DNA of 64,000 nucleotides from Gammaproteobacteria bacterium (GCA_025358615.1 JANYIY010000210.1:3927-67926), one strand, 5' to 3'; counted from the stretch's first letter, positions 1 to 9,312 are shown. Notes: a model not told the origin generated them from the letters alone. A program made the numbers and translations.

Positions 1-1490
1 GCGTCGGTACCGCGCAGGGTGATCTCATTCCCGTGTCCACCGACCGTGGCAGCGGCTTCGTCAAGGATGACTCCGGCGCCTTCGTCAAATCGCGCTTGGA
101 CGAGACCGCACTCAAGGCCATCGCCACGGCCACCGGCGGACTGTATGCCCCGCTGGGCGCACAGAGCCAGGGATTCGACAGCATTTACCAAGCCGCCCTC
201 GCGCCCCTGCTCAAGCACGATCTCGCTTCGCGGCAGCAGAGAGTTTATATAGAGCGCTACCAATGGCCCCTCGCAGGGTCGCTGACTCTGCTCCTCTTGA
301 GTCTGCTCATCGGCAACCGCCACCGCGCACGGCGCCGCGCACAAGCCGCCGAGTCGCGAATCATTGCCGGCGTTCCCACACGGTCTCGGTCATCAGCGTC
401 GGCTGCGTCGGCTGCGTCGGCTGCGTCGGCTGCGTCATCAGCATCTTCTGCCCCGCCAATATCTATCGCATCCACCGCCCTGTCGGTATTTACACTCCTC
501 GCAATGACGGTTGCAGCGGCCGACCTGACCCGCGCCTCAACCACGAGCGCGGAGGAAGCCTACAAGAAAGGGGATTTCCTCACCGCCGCCAAGGAATATG
601 CCGCAGCGGCGCAACGCGACCCGAAAAAACCCGCGCTGCAATACAACGCCGGCACCGCCGCGTACCGCGCCGGGCAATTTTTACAGGCAGCCCAGGCATT
701 TCAAGATTCCATCAGCCGCTCGCCCTCGGGCGATGCCAAACGCCTCGCCGACCAAGAAGACGCCTACTACAACCTCGGCAACACCCTGTACCGCACTGGC
801 CAGAAGACCGAGGAACAATCGCAGCAGCAAACCATTCAGACCTGGGAACAAGCGGTTAAGGCGTACGACACGGCATTGCAATTGCGTGCCGACGACGCGG
901 ACAGCAAGTACAACCGCGACTTCGTGAAGCGAAAAATCGACGAGCTGAAAAAGAAGCAAGACCAAAACCAAAACCAAAACCAAAATCAGAATCAGAATCA
1001 GAATCAGAATCAGGGCCAGGGCCAGGGCCAGGGCCAGGGCCAGGGCCAGGGCCAGGGCCAGAATCAAAACCCGCAACAGAATCCGCCGCAACAGTCAAAG
1101 AACGGCGCGCCGCCGTCGCAACCACCGCCGGGACAACAGCCACCCGCTCAGCAACCCCCGGGACAACAACCGCCGTCCGCTCAGCAAAATCCGCCCGGTC
1201 AGCAGCCACCGGCCGACCGGCCGCAGCAGCCTGCCCAACAGCCGCCGCCGAGCGCCGATCAATCCAAACCCGGCAAAGGCCAGCCCAAGGCCGCCCCGCA
1301 GAACGGCGAGCCGCCACCCAGCGAGGCAGCCGACGAAGACGACACTCAGCGCGCTCCCGGCCAAATGAGCCGCGAAGAGGCGCGCGAGTTGCTCGACTCG
1401 CAGAAGGGCGAAGAGCGGCACTCCCGCGGTCTGCCGTTCGCGCGCCGGGAATCCGAGTCACCGCCCGACAAGCCGGTGAAGGATTGGTGA
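1..1490 (+). CDS. vWA-domain / TPR membrane protein of a Bat-type operon (BatB/BatC-like fusion); 5' end outside the window
   Basis: The frame is open from base 3. VGTAQGDLIPVSTDRGSGFVKDDSGAFVKSRLDETALKAIATATGGLYAPLG is the end of a von Willebrand A domain. It is followed by a TM helix (WPLAGSLTLLLLSLLIG), TPR-like repeats (AYKKGDFLTAAKEYAAAAQ, AYYNLGNTLYRTGQ, AVKAYDTALQLRADD) and a Q/N/G/P low-complexity tail. BatD- and BatE-like genes follow with overlapping stop/start. Confidence 0.7.
   Translation, partial: VGTAQGDLIPVSTDRGSGFVKDDSGAFVKSRLDETALKAIATATGGLYAPLGAQSQGFDSIYQAALAPLLKHDLASRQQRVYIERYQWPLAGSLTLLLLSLLIGNRHRARRRAQAAESRIIAGVPTRSRSSASAASAASAASAASSASSAPPISIASTALSVFTLLAMTVAAADLTRASTTSAEEAYKKGDFLTAAKEYAAAAQRDPKKPALQYNAGTAAYRAGQFLQAAQAFQDSISRSPSGDAKRLADQEDAYYNLGNTLYRTGQKTEEQSQQQTIQTWEQAVKAYDTALQLRADDADSKYNRDFVKRKIDELKKKQDQNQNQNQNQNQNQNQNQGQGQGQGQGQGQGQGQNQNPQQNPPQQSKNGAPPSQPPPGQQPPAQQPPGQQPPSAQQNPPGQQPPADRPQQPAQQPPPSADQSKPGKGQPKAAPQNGEPPPSEAADEDDTQRAPGQMSREEARELLDSQKGEERHSRGLPFARRESESPPDKPVKDW
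396..437. repeat. in-frame 9-bp tandem repeat (GCGTCGGCT, about 4.6 copies) encoding (SAA)n
   Basis: Read directly from the sequence: gcgtcggct gcgtcggct gcgtcggct gcgtcggct gcgtca. Confidence 0.9.
963..1070. repeat. in-frame hexanucleotide microsatellite block encoding (QN)n(QG)n
   Basis: Read directly: CAAAAC x3, CAAAAT, CAGAAT x4, CAGGGC x8, CAGAAT, CAAAAC, all contiguous inside the BatB/C-like CDS. Confidence 0.95.
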
Positions 1491-3307
1491 TGCGGGCGCG
1501 CTTTTCACACCTTTGGGCCATGGCGGCAATCGCAGCCGGCGTTTTCGTGGCCGGTTCAAGTCAGGCCGCGGCACCCTCGATCGATGCCAGCATCGAGCCC
1601 GCGCAGATCGCGCTCGGCGAGTCTGCCAAGCTCACCATCCTCACCTCGGGCAGCGGCACCGTGTCCCTGTCTCTGCCGGTGGTTGCCGGATTGGAGTTCC
1701 GCGTCGTCGGCCAGTCGCGCCAGATTCAGAGCATCAATGGCATAACCATCGAGTCGACCTCCACCGTCATTCGCGTCACTCCGGAATCTGCCGGCATATT
1801 CACGATTCCCGGCGTAACTCCCAAATCACCGCCTTTGGTGCTGCGAGTCAATCCCGGCGGCGGCTCGTCAGCGCCGAATAATTCCATCCCGGACGTGTTG
1901 CCCTTCATTCCGGGCCCGAATGCCAAGGGCCTGCGCATGACCCCCGATGGCTCGGCCTTCGTGCACCTGGAGATGCCCAAGCACGAAATGTACGTCGGTG
2001 AAACCGTACCGGTGGAGATTCAGGTCGGCATGCGCGATGGCTTTGTCGCTTCGCTCAACGGCCTACCCAAGCTCAACAGCAGCGACTTCACTCTCAATAA
2101 TCTCTCGCGCCAGCCCGAGCGCGCCGCCAAAGCCATCGATGGCAAAGCGTTCACGGTGTACACCTGGCGCAGCCTGTTAGGCGCAGTCAAGCCGGGGACT
2201 TTTTCTCTCACCTTTGAAACCCCGCTCACCGTTCGCATTCGCACTCGGCCACGCCAGGACTCCATGCTGGACGATCTGCTCGGCGATCCCTTCCTGCAGA
2301 ACATCTTCGGTACCACCGTACAAAAAGACATCACCGCCGCCAGTCCGGAGGCGGCAATGACCGTGCTAGCGCTGCCGGCGCAGGGCAGGCCAGCCGACTT
2401 CGGCGGCGCCGTGGGCAGCTTCAAGATTAGCACCGACGTATCTACCGCCAAGAGCACCGCGGGCGACCCGCTCACTCTGCGCCTGCACGTGACCGGCGCC
2501 GGCAATTTTGATCGCGTCGACAGCCGCATGTTGAGCGGCGACGGCCAATGGAAGACCTACGAACCCAAGGCGAGTTTCAATTCTCCCGATCCCACCGGCC
2601 ACCGTGGTGAAAAGATCTTCGAGCAGCCGCTGATTGCGTCGCAGCCCGGCACTCATACCATCCCGCCGCTGCATTTCAGCTATTTCGATCCCAGCACGCG
2701 TCACTACGAGACCGCGCACAGCGCGCCGCTGACGGTGGCGGTTTCAGCGGCTGCGGCCAGCGCCGGCAATGAACCACCGCCCGCCCCGACCGCGGCCGGA
2801 ACGCTCGGCGACGAGGCTCACACCGGGCTGAGGCCCGACCATGCCCTGACCGGTGCATGCGTCGATTCGTTGCTTCCTCTGTACTACCAGCCCCGCTTCC
2901 TCGCCATCCCCACTGCTCTCGCGCTGCTGCTCTGCGGCGCGTGGGCCGCGCTGCGCCGCGTGGAACGCAATGCGGCCGGCGAACGCGAGCGCGTGCGGCT
3001 GGCGCTGATCGGCCACTTGCTCGAGACCATGTCTCTTGCCTCCGCCCGCGGCGACGCGGCAGAGTTCATTAATTCCGCGAGCTCAATCCTGCGGCAAGCC
3101 TTGGCTGTCCGTTGGCAGATCTCACCGCAACAAATCACGCTGGTCGACATCGACGCGCGGCTGGCAGGCAGCGAACGGGACGATATACACCAGATTTTTG
3201 CGCTTGCGGATGAGGCCAACTACTCGGGGGGCGACCTGCAAGCGGCCGACTTCGAGCGTTGCATGCAAATCGTTCGTAGGCAATTGGCGAGCGAGGCCGC
3301 GTCATGA
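1484..3307 (+). CDS. BatD-like (oxygen-tolerance family) membrane protein
   Basis: The start overlaps the upstream stop by 7 bp. There is a signal peptide (AAIAAGVFVAGSSQAAA), a long beta-rich extracytoplasmic region and a C-terminal TM helix (FLAIPTALALLLCGAWAAL). Its position between a vWA/TPR gene and a TPR/SH3 gene matches the bat operon layout. Confidence 0.6.
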   Translation: MVMRARFSHLWAMAAIAAGVFVAGSSQAAAPSIDASIEPAQIALGESAKLTILTSGSGTVSLSLPVVAGLEFRVVGQSRQIQSINGITIESTSTVIRVTPESAGIFTIPGVTPKSPPLVLRVNPGGGSSAPNNSIPDVLPFIPGPNAKGLRMTPDGSAFVHLEMPKHEMYVGETVPVEIQVGMRDGFVASLNGLPKLNSSDFTLNNLSRQPERAAKAIDGKAFTVYTWRSLLGAVKPGTFSLTFETPLTVRIRTRPRQDSMLDDLLGDPFLQNIFGTTVQKDITAASPEAAMTVLALPAQGRPADFGGAVGSFKISTDVSTAKSTAGDPLTLRLHVTGAGNFDRVDSRMLSGDGQWKTYEPKASFNSPDPTGHRGEKIFEQPLIASQPGTHTIPPLHFSYFDPSTRHYETAHSAPLTVAVSAAAASAGNEPPPAPTAAGTLGDEAHTGLRPDHALTGACVDSLLPLYYQPRFLAIPTALALLLCGAWAALRRVERNAAGERERVRLALIGHLLETMSLASARGDAAEFINSASSILRQALAVRWQISPQQITLVDIDARLAGSERDDIHQIFALADEANYSGGDLQAADFERCMQIVRRQLASEAAS

Positions 3308-4080
3308 TTCGTTCACCGCTGCTCGGCGCGCTGTTGATCGCCGGGACGCTTTTCGCCTCCTCTATCGTAACGGCGCAAGTTGCGTCGCAACCCTCGGCGC
3401 AACCCTCGGCGCCTGCCGCAGCACAGCCGGTCGTACTGCCTCAGTCCGGATACTCCGCGGCGGCCCTCTATAATTTGGCGAATGCCTACGCCAAATCCGG
3501 CAAAGCCGGATTTGCGGTTCTCAACTATGAGCGGGCTCGGCTGCTAGCCCCAAACGATCCCGACATCAACGCCAACCTGCGGCATGTACGGCAGAGCGCC
3601 GGACTGCCGCCGCAAAGCCGCTCCCGCTTCGACCGGCTCACGGGTTACGCCGGTCCAACCGTCCTCGCATGGAGCGGAGTTCTAGGTCTTCTCGTTGCCG
3701 GCGCAGGCGCGCTCGCGCAGCGCCGCTTCCCGCGCCATCGAGGCAAACTCATTGCCGGTGCCGCACTGGGATTCTCCGCATTGGGAATCAGTATCGCGGG
3801 CGGCGTTGCGATGTGGCCCATCATGCACGCAGCGGTTGTGGTGGTGCATTCGGCCCCGGTTCGCGTCTCTCCCGTCGCCATCGGCGACGCACTCTTTGAG
3901 TTACCGGAAGGCACGATTGTCAGCATAGGCGCGGAGCACGACGGCTTCGTACTCGTCAGAACCAGCGTGGGCCGCAGCGGCTGGGTGCCGGACACGAATG
4001 TCGCGGCCCTCATACCTGGGACTGCGGCACGGGCCTCGCCTGCGTCCCCTGCTCCCGGAGAAAAACAGGAAGGTCAGTAG
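3304..4080 (+). CDS. TPR + SH3b-domain membrane protein (BatE-like)
   Basis: ATGA overlap with the previous stop. It has a TPR (AAALYNLANAYAKSGKAGFAVLNYERARLLAPNDPDI), two TM helices and a C-terminal SH3-like segment (GTIVSIGAEHDGFVLVRTSVGRSGWVPDTNV). Confidence 0.55.
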   Translation: MIRSPLLGALLIAGTLFASSIVTAQVASQPSAQPSAPAAAQPVVLPQSGYSAAALYNLANAYAKSGKAGFAVLNYERARLLAPNDPDINANLRHVRQSAGLPPQSRSRFDRLTGYAGPTVLAWSGVLGLLVAGAGALAQRRFPRHRGKLIAGAALGFSALGISIAGGVAMWPIMHAAVVVVHSAPVRVSPVAIGDALFELPEGTIVSIGAEHDGFVLVRTSVGRSGWVPDTNVAALIPGTAARASPASPAPGEKQEGQ

Positions 4081-4087
4081 TCACACG

Positions 4088-4600
4088 TCAGCGCCTTCGG
4101 CTGGAGGCCGCGGACCATGCAAAGCACTTGGCAAGAGTCTCCGGAATTCCCCTGGCATTCATCCGCGCCCAACTCCTTAGTTCAGATTGTCCGGATTTTG
4201 CGCCTTCGCTGCTCCATGAGGCGATGTATTGCTGGGTAAGAGGGTCGCCGCGATAAATCAGAAATGCGTCTTCGCCGCCTTGCGCATCGACGTACAGCAA
4301 GTGCCAATTGCCAAGCCGGTAGGCACGCAGAACCTTGGCGGATGCCGACTGCAGTTGACCCGCAACAGCCATGGACAAGTTGGCTCTACGTGCCGGTGTG
4401 AGCGTCTTGGCGACCCTGTCGCAGGGCGACGCATCCGCACAGGAGACCGCCACCAACAGCGTCCCCCAAAGCCAACATTTCGCTGAAGCGCAACGAGACG
4501 GCTGAGTGTCACGCCGCTCGCGACCCCAATGTAGCTGTTTTATCCAAACCATCGACTTCCTCCTCGCACCTCGATTACTGTCGCAGCGCCGCGCAGTCAA
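4088..4600 (-). CDS. hypothetical (probably secreted) protein
   Basis: The ORF's ATG overlaps the stop of the upstream DUF2891-like gene (ATGA). A hydrophobic stretch (WLWGTLLVAVSCADA) lies about 40 residues in, so the true start may be the Met at 4552. No family recognised. Confidence 0.35.
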   Translation of the reverse strand: MTARRCDSNRGARRKSMVWIKQLHWGRERRDTQPSRCASAKCWLWGTLLVAVSCADASPCDRVAKTLTPARRANLSMAVAGQLQSASAKVLRAYRLGNWHLLYVDAQGGEDAFLIYRGDPLTQQYIASWSSEGAKSGQSELRSWARMNARGIPETLAKCFAWSAASSRRR

Positions 4601-5703
4601 ATCCCGGCGCCGCTGGTCAAATACACCGCGAATGTTCCGAGCCAGTGTCCACCCTCGTAATGTTCGCCGGTCACGGCCGGAAGCGCAGCTTCCCTATGGC
4701 GGTCGGCGGCGGCCTGCAGGGTCCCAATGCGGCGATCACCGGCCGGCAGCCCATGCGCGATGCCCTGCAGCATCCACGCCCGGCTCAAGTTCAGGCCATC
4801 GATGTGCGCCAGCTTAGGATCAGCGCGATCGGTGACCACTCCCGGTTGCAGCCACATCGGTCCCGCATGCTCAGGAATCACCGGCAAGAATCCCGTGAGC
4901 CACCGTGCAAACTCCGCGGGCGCCAGCACCCGTCGCATGAAGTCCGCCTCAGCCAGACAGGGCGACAAAAAGTCCTGGCCTGAGGGCTCGTAGCTAAGCG
5001 GACAGTTGCGGTCATGCATATAGAACCGCTGTGCCGCGGCCGTGAGCAGGCTGCGCATTTCCGTATCGCCCGCTACTCCCGCCCAATCCCAGATCAGGCC
5101 GAATGAGAATGCCGTCTGATCATGTTCGCCGATGCGAATCGGATAGTGCAGCTTCGGCAGCCAGCTCTTGAGGCGCGCCACTGCTTCGCTTTCCAGCGGC
5201 CTGAGCACGCTCGCCCACTCCCGTCCTTGAGCATCATCCCAGCTGCGCAGTTCCGCCGACAGCTGCAACAGCCACGCGAGTCCGTAAGGCCTTTCGAAGG
5301 GCGCGCGGTCCGCACGCTTAAGATAGGCCACCTCGCCGGCGATGTTCGCGGCCGTCAAGCTCTTGGCTAGTTCCGCCCGCGCCGTCGCCGCAAAGGGCGC
5401 ACTCGGAGACAAACGTAATAGCCGCACCAGCAGCCAGTGGCCGTGCACATCCGAATGCCAGTCATAGCAACCATAGAATGCCGGGTACAGCACATGCGGC
5501 GGCAGCGCGTCGGCCGCACTGTCGAGGGTATTGGCAACGTGATTGGGGTATTCCGAATGCAGACACTTGAGCGCCAATGCTGCGAAGCGCTGCGCCGCGG
5601 CAGTATCCAAGGCCGCCGCGGCAGCGCCTTTCGCCGGTGCCGCAGCCACCATCGCCCAGGGCATACACAGCCACATCGTCGCCAGGTAGATCATACGGCG
5701 CAT
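4597..5703 (-). CDS. DUF2891 family protein
   Basis: Carries the motif YPAFYGCYDWHSDVHGHWLLVRLL that I associate with DUF2891. The start is placed at ATG 5703, which has AAGGA about 10 nt upstream and is followed by the signal peptide MRRMIYLATMWLCMPWAMVAAAPA. The longest ORF reaches 5778. Confidence 0.6.
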   Translation of the reverse strand: MRRMIYLATMWLCMPWAMVAAAPAKGAAAAALDTAAAQRFAALALKCLHSEYPNHVANTLDSAADALPPHVLYPAFYGCYDWHSDVHGHWLLVRLLRLSPSAPFAATARAELAKSLTAANIAGEVAYLKRADRAPFERPYGLAWLLQLSAELRSWDDAQGREWASVLRPLESEAVARLKSWLPKLHYPIRIGEHDQTAFSFGLIWDWAGVAGDTEMRSLLTAAAQRFYMHDRNCPLSYEPSGQDFLSPCLAEADFMRRVLAPAEFARWLTGFLPVIPEHAGPMWLQPGVVTDRADPKLAHIDGLNLSRAWMLQGIAHGLPAGDRRIGTLQAAADRHREAALPAVTGEHYEGGHWLGTFAVYLTSGAGI

Positions 5704-5794
5704 GCCCGGAATTCCTTTATGCTTACCCGCAATCCTGCATCGTAATGGAAGGGCGAACCGCATGGCTAATTCAAGCAATCCATCCTAGCCGGAA

Positions 5795-6709
5795 TTGCCC
5801 TACGCAGCTTGGCGCGACACCCGCGACACATTGCAGTTATGGACGCAGATCATCGGCAAGGTGCGCCTGATGCAGACCCCCTGGCTGAATCACAGCTGGC
5901 ATGTGACCCTGTATGTCACCTCACGCGGGCTCACCACGTCGCCCATTCCACACGGCACCCGCTCCTTCGAGGCTGCATTCGACTGCATCGATCACGTCCT
6001 CGACATCACCGTGAGTGACGGCGGCCGGCGGCGGCTGCCTCTAAAGCCGCAAAGCGTCGCCGACTTCTACGCTGCAGTAACCAAGGCACTCAAGGAACTC
6101 GACGTCACCGTCGTCATCAATGACATGCCCTGCGAGATTGCCGGCGCCACGGCCTTTGCCGACGATCGCCAGCACGCCCGCTATGACCCCGAGTACGCAT
6201 GGCGATTCTGGCAGGCGCTCGTGCAAGCAGATCGCGTGTTCAAGGCCTTCCGTACCTCGTTCATCGGCAAATGCAGCCCGGTGCATTTCTTCTGGGGCAG
6301 CTTCGATCTGGCCGTCACCCGCTTTTCAGGGCGTCGCGCCCCGAACTTTACCGGCAAGGCCCCCGGCGTCGCCCCCGAGGTGATGAGCGAGGCCTATTCG
6401 CACGAGGTCAGCAGCGCCGGTTTCTGGCCGGGCGACAATGTCACACAGTACCCGGCCTTTTATTCCTACACCTATCCCAACTTCGCCGGCTTCAGCGAAA
6501 CCAAGGTGCAGCCCGCGGCAGCGGTCTTCAGCGAGACGCTAGGCGAGTTTCTGCTCCCGTATGATGCGGTGCGCACGGCAGCGGATCCGGATGCCGCACT
6601 GCTCGCCTTTCTGCAAGGCACCTACGAAGCAGCCGCCGTGTCTGCCAAATGGGATCGCGCCGACCTGGAGTGCCGGCCCGGCCGCCCCTGTGTGCCCCGC
6701 GATGCCTGA
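5795..6709 (+). CDS. DUF5996 family protein
   Basis: N-terminus PYAAWRDTRDTLQLWTQIIGKVRLMQTPWLNHSWHVTLYVTSRGLTT resembles the DUF5996 family. TTG at 5795 is the first start-like codon after an in-frame stop at 5786. Confidence 0.55.
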   Translation: MPYAAWRDTRDTLQLWTQIIGKVRLMQTPWLNHSWHVTLYVTSRGLTTSPIPHGTRSFEAAFDCIDHVLDITVSDGGRRRLPLKPQSVADFYAAVTKALKELDVTVVINDMPCEIAGATAFADDRQHARYDPEYAWRFWQALVQADRVFKAFRTSFIGKCSPVHFFWGSFDLAVTRFSGRRAPNFTGKAPGVAPEVMSEAYSHEVSSAGFWPGDNVTQYPAFYSYTYPNFAGFSETKVQPAAAVFSETLGEFLLPYDAVRTAADPDAALLAFLQGTYEAAAVSAKWDRADLECRPGRPCVPRDA

Positions 6710-6816
6710 GTCCGACGCCACGCCACGGATCGCCACCAAGGCCATCCCGTCGTTGCCGCCGGCGTCGACATCGGCGGCCAATCGGCCTATACAGGACTAA
6801 ATCGGGGGGACGAATC

Positions 6817-7956
6817 ATGACCTACAGCAACTTGCAGCCAGCTTCGTTTCACGCGTCACTGCGCCCATCGCCGGCACTTTTCTGCGCCATGGCCGCAACG
6901 GCTCTCGCCTTTGCCCCAACCTGCGGCGCGCGCGCGGCAGATACCCCTCCGGCCACGCCCGCAGCATCGACATCGTCCGCATCGCCGCCATCCGCATCTC
7001 CTGAATTCGGCGGCCAATGCACCGAAGGGCTGGCCGAAGGACAGCACGTCATGACCAAGTGCACGAGCACCTGGACCGACCAGGACGGCAAGACCTACTG
7101 CTTCAGCAATGACGACGCCAAGAAAACCTTCCTGGAAAACCCCGCGGACAATCTGCAGCGCGCGCGCTCCTTCGCCGCCGCCAGCAATGTCGAAGCCACC
7201 GAAAAAGCCATGCAGGAGTTCACCGGCACCGACGCCGAAGTTCTGGTCAAGGAGTTGATCAATGCCAAGCTCAAGGCCAATGACGGCCTATTTCCCTTCG
7301 ACGATTCCCTCCACGGCGATCACCTGAAATTGGCTTACGACGATATCGACTTCACCCGCACCATCGACGGCTACGGTTTTTTCCCGGACGTCAAATTCCA
7401 CGACTCGAAGGACCCGCAGAAAAAGTACCTGATCGATTTCTGGGTCATACCCGAGAACGGCAAACTACAGGTACAGCAAAGCCGCATCTATAAGGAGCCG
7501 CTGCTGTCGGATGGCAAATGGACCACCATGGCGCGCCAACCCATTCCCTGGTGGTGGATACCCGCGTCCGAACACCCCGGCCATCTCGCCACCAAGCGCG
7601 GCTGGGAAGTGATGTCCGCCGTCGAACACAGTGCCGTAAAAGCCAGCCTGAAGAACAACGGCATTTTCAAAATCACGGACGACAAGACGGGCAAGGAACT
7701 GCAGCTGGAGTTCGTCGACACCCACCAGCCGGTGCGCCAACTCGACGACGGCCACTACTTCGCCTGCACCGACTTTCGTGTCGTCGGCACCAAGGATCAA
7801 ATCTACGACATCGACTTCTGGGTCAACGACAAGGACGGCGCCATGACCGTCGATCAGGTCAAAGTTCACAAGGTACCGGAACTTAAAAGCGGCCAGTGGA
7901 TCCAGGTGCCGCGTTACGAGTGGAAGGACGTGGGGCCCTCGCACGTCGTCCCCTGA
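6817..7956 (+). CDS. secreted YHS-domain protein with a duplicated C-terminal module
   Basis: The start is placed at MTYSNLQPASF, followed by a signal peptide (ALFCAMAATALAFAPTCGARA). It has a YHS-like segment (GGQCTEGLAEGQHVMTKCTSTWTDQDGKTYCFSNDDAKKTFLENP) and then two related modules of about 90 aa, ending YLIDFWVIPENGKLQVQQSRIYKEP and YDIDFWVNDKDGAMTVDQVKVHKVP. Confidence 0.5.
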   Translation: MTYSNLQPASFHASLRPSPALFCAMAATALAFAPTCGARAADTPPATPAASTSSASPPSASPEFGGQCTEGLAEGQHVMTKCTSTWTDQDGKTYCFSNDDAKKTFLENPADNLQRARSFAAASNVEATEKAMQEFTGTDAEVLVKELINAKLKANDGLFPFDDSLHGDHLKLAYDDIDFTRTIDGYGFFPDVKFHDSKDPQKKYLIDFWVIPENGKLQVQQSRIYKEPLLSDGKWTTMARQPIPWWWIPASEHPGHLATKRGWEVMSAVEHSAVKASLKNNGIFKITDDKTGKELQLEFVDTHQPVRQLDDGHYFACTDFRVVGTKDQIYDIDFWVNDKDGAMTVDQVKVHKVPELKSGQWIQVPRYEWKDVGPSHVVP

Positions 7957-8232
7957 CACCGGACCGGTACGGACGCTATAGATGTTTGAACCGTTCGCTA
8001 GCGATGAGCCGACAGGCTACCCAGCCAAAGTTGCCGCGAAATTCAAATGGAGCAAACGCACGACGCTCTCCTGGTATTGATCGCGCCAGTGTAACCGATC
8101 TTTTTTCGCGCCTCTTGCGACCCGCAGATTTTGAGTACCCGCGTCGGGCGGCCCCCATCCGTCAAGGGTCTTGGCACCCAGATGGTGTTGCATAGGCCCT
8201 CGTTCTGCCTTCCGCCCCTCTCTCAATTCCTG

Positions 8233-8288
8233 ACAGCCCAGTGAGGGACTGCTAGAGTCCCGCTGCGGTACGGGCTGTACTCTTTTTT
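8233..8288 (+). terminator. structured element ending in a T7 run (terminator or attenuator-like) immediately before the O-methyltransferase RBS
   Basis: CAGCCC(8233-38)...GGGCTG(8271-76) encloses the hairpin GGGACT-gctag-AGTCCC (8244-8260). This is followed by tactc and TTTTTTT (8282-8288), then gcgcAGGGGGtattcATG. Confidence 0.3.
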
Positions 8289-8304
8289 TGCGCAGGGGGT
8301 ATTC

Positions 8305-9312
8305 ATGGCATTGGCTGAAACCGAACAACTCACCAAGATGATGTGCGGCGCGGCGCTGAGTCGCGCCGTTTGCACGCTCGGCGAACTCGGAATCTCCGAT
8401 CACATCGAGGCCGGCGTTCCGCAACCGGTCGAATCTCTCGCCCGTCTGACAAATACACACGAGCGATCGCTCTATCGCCTGTTGCGATTCACCGCCAGTT
8501 ATGGGGTCTTTCTGGAAGTGGAGGATCGCAAATTCGACCATACCCCACTGTCGGCAGCATTACGCAGTGACGCGGCTGGAACATTCCGGCCCGCCGCGCA
8601 AATGTTTCATCACATTTTTGCCGCTTGGGACGGGCTTGATCATTCCGTCAGGACGGGAGAATCCGGCTGCGTCAAGGTGTATGGAGAGCCGCTGTTTGAC
8701 TACATCGGGCACCACTTGGATCTTGCCCCGATCTTTGACGCCGGAATGACCGCGTTCCACGGCCACGAGACAGCCGCAATGCTGGATGCCTACGATTTCA
8801 CCGGCATCACGACACTCGCCGACATCGGCGGCGGCAATGGCACTCTGCTCGCGGCGGTACTGGGACGCTACCCGCAACTGCGCGGCATCCTCTTCGACTT
8901 GGGTCATGTGGTGGGTCGTGCGCGTTCCGGGATGCAGGCGCTCGGCCTTGATCAACGATGCTCGGTAATCGAGGGCAATTTCTTCGAATCGGTCCCCGCT
9001 GGGGCCGACGCTTACCTCATGCGTCACATCATCCACGACTGGACCGACGAGCAATCCATCCGGATTCTGAGTAACTGCCGCAAGGTGATCCCGGCCCACG
9101 GCAGAGTTCTGCTCGTCGAATTCGCCGTAGCCGGCGGCAACCAAGCGTCGCTGGGCAAGGATGCCGACATGATCATGATGGCGTTCCCGGGCGGCATGGA
9201 GCGCACCGAAGCGGAATACCAAGACCTGTTCGAGCAGTCCGGATTCCGCCTCAGCAAGCTCACGAGGACGAAATCCGCGGTCAGCGTGGTGGAAGGAAGA
9301 CCCGCGCCCTGA
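8305..9312 (+). CDS. class I SAM-dependent O-methyltransferase (family 2, plant-COMT / CrtF-like)
   Basis: N-terminal winged-helix dimerisation-type segment, SAM motif LADIGGGNGTLL, and the family-2 motif YLMRHIIHDWTDEQ. Confidence 0.8.
   Translation: MALAETEQLTKMMCGAALSRAVCTLGELGISDHIEAGVPQPVESLARLTNTHERSLYRLLRFTASYGVFLEVEDRKFDHTPLSAALRSDAAGTFRPAAQMFHHIFAAWDGLDHSVRTGESGCVKVYGEPLFDYIGHHLDLAPIFDAGMTAFHGHETAAMLDAYDFTGITTLADIGGGNGTLLAAVLGRYPQLRGILFDLGHVVGRARSGMQALGLDQRCSVIEGNFFESVPAGADAYLMRHIIHDWTDEQSIRILSNCRKVIPAHGRVLLVEFAVAGGNQASLGKDADMIMMAFPGGMERTEAEYQDLFEQSGFRLSKLTRTKSAVSVVEGRPAP

Noticed and set aside
8017-8541. 174-aa minus-strand ORF spanning the long intergenic region and the O-methyltransferase start
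   Set aside because: It overlaps the well-supported methyltransferase CDS. Its translation has no signal, motif or plausible composition, and there is no RBS.
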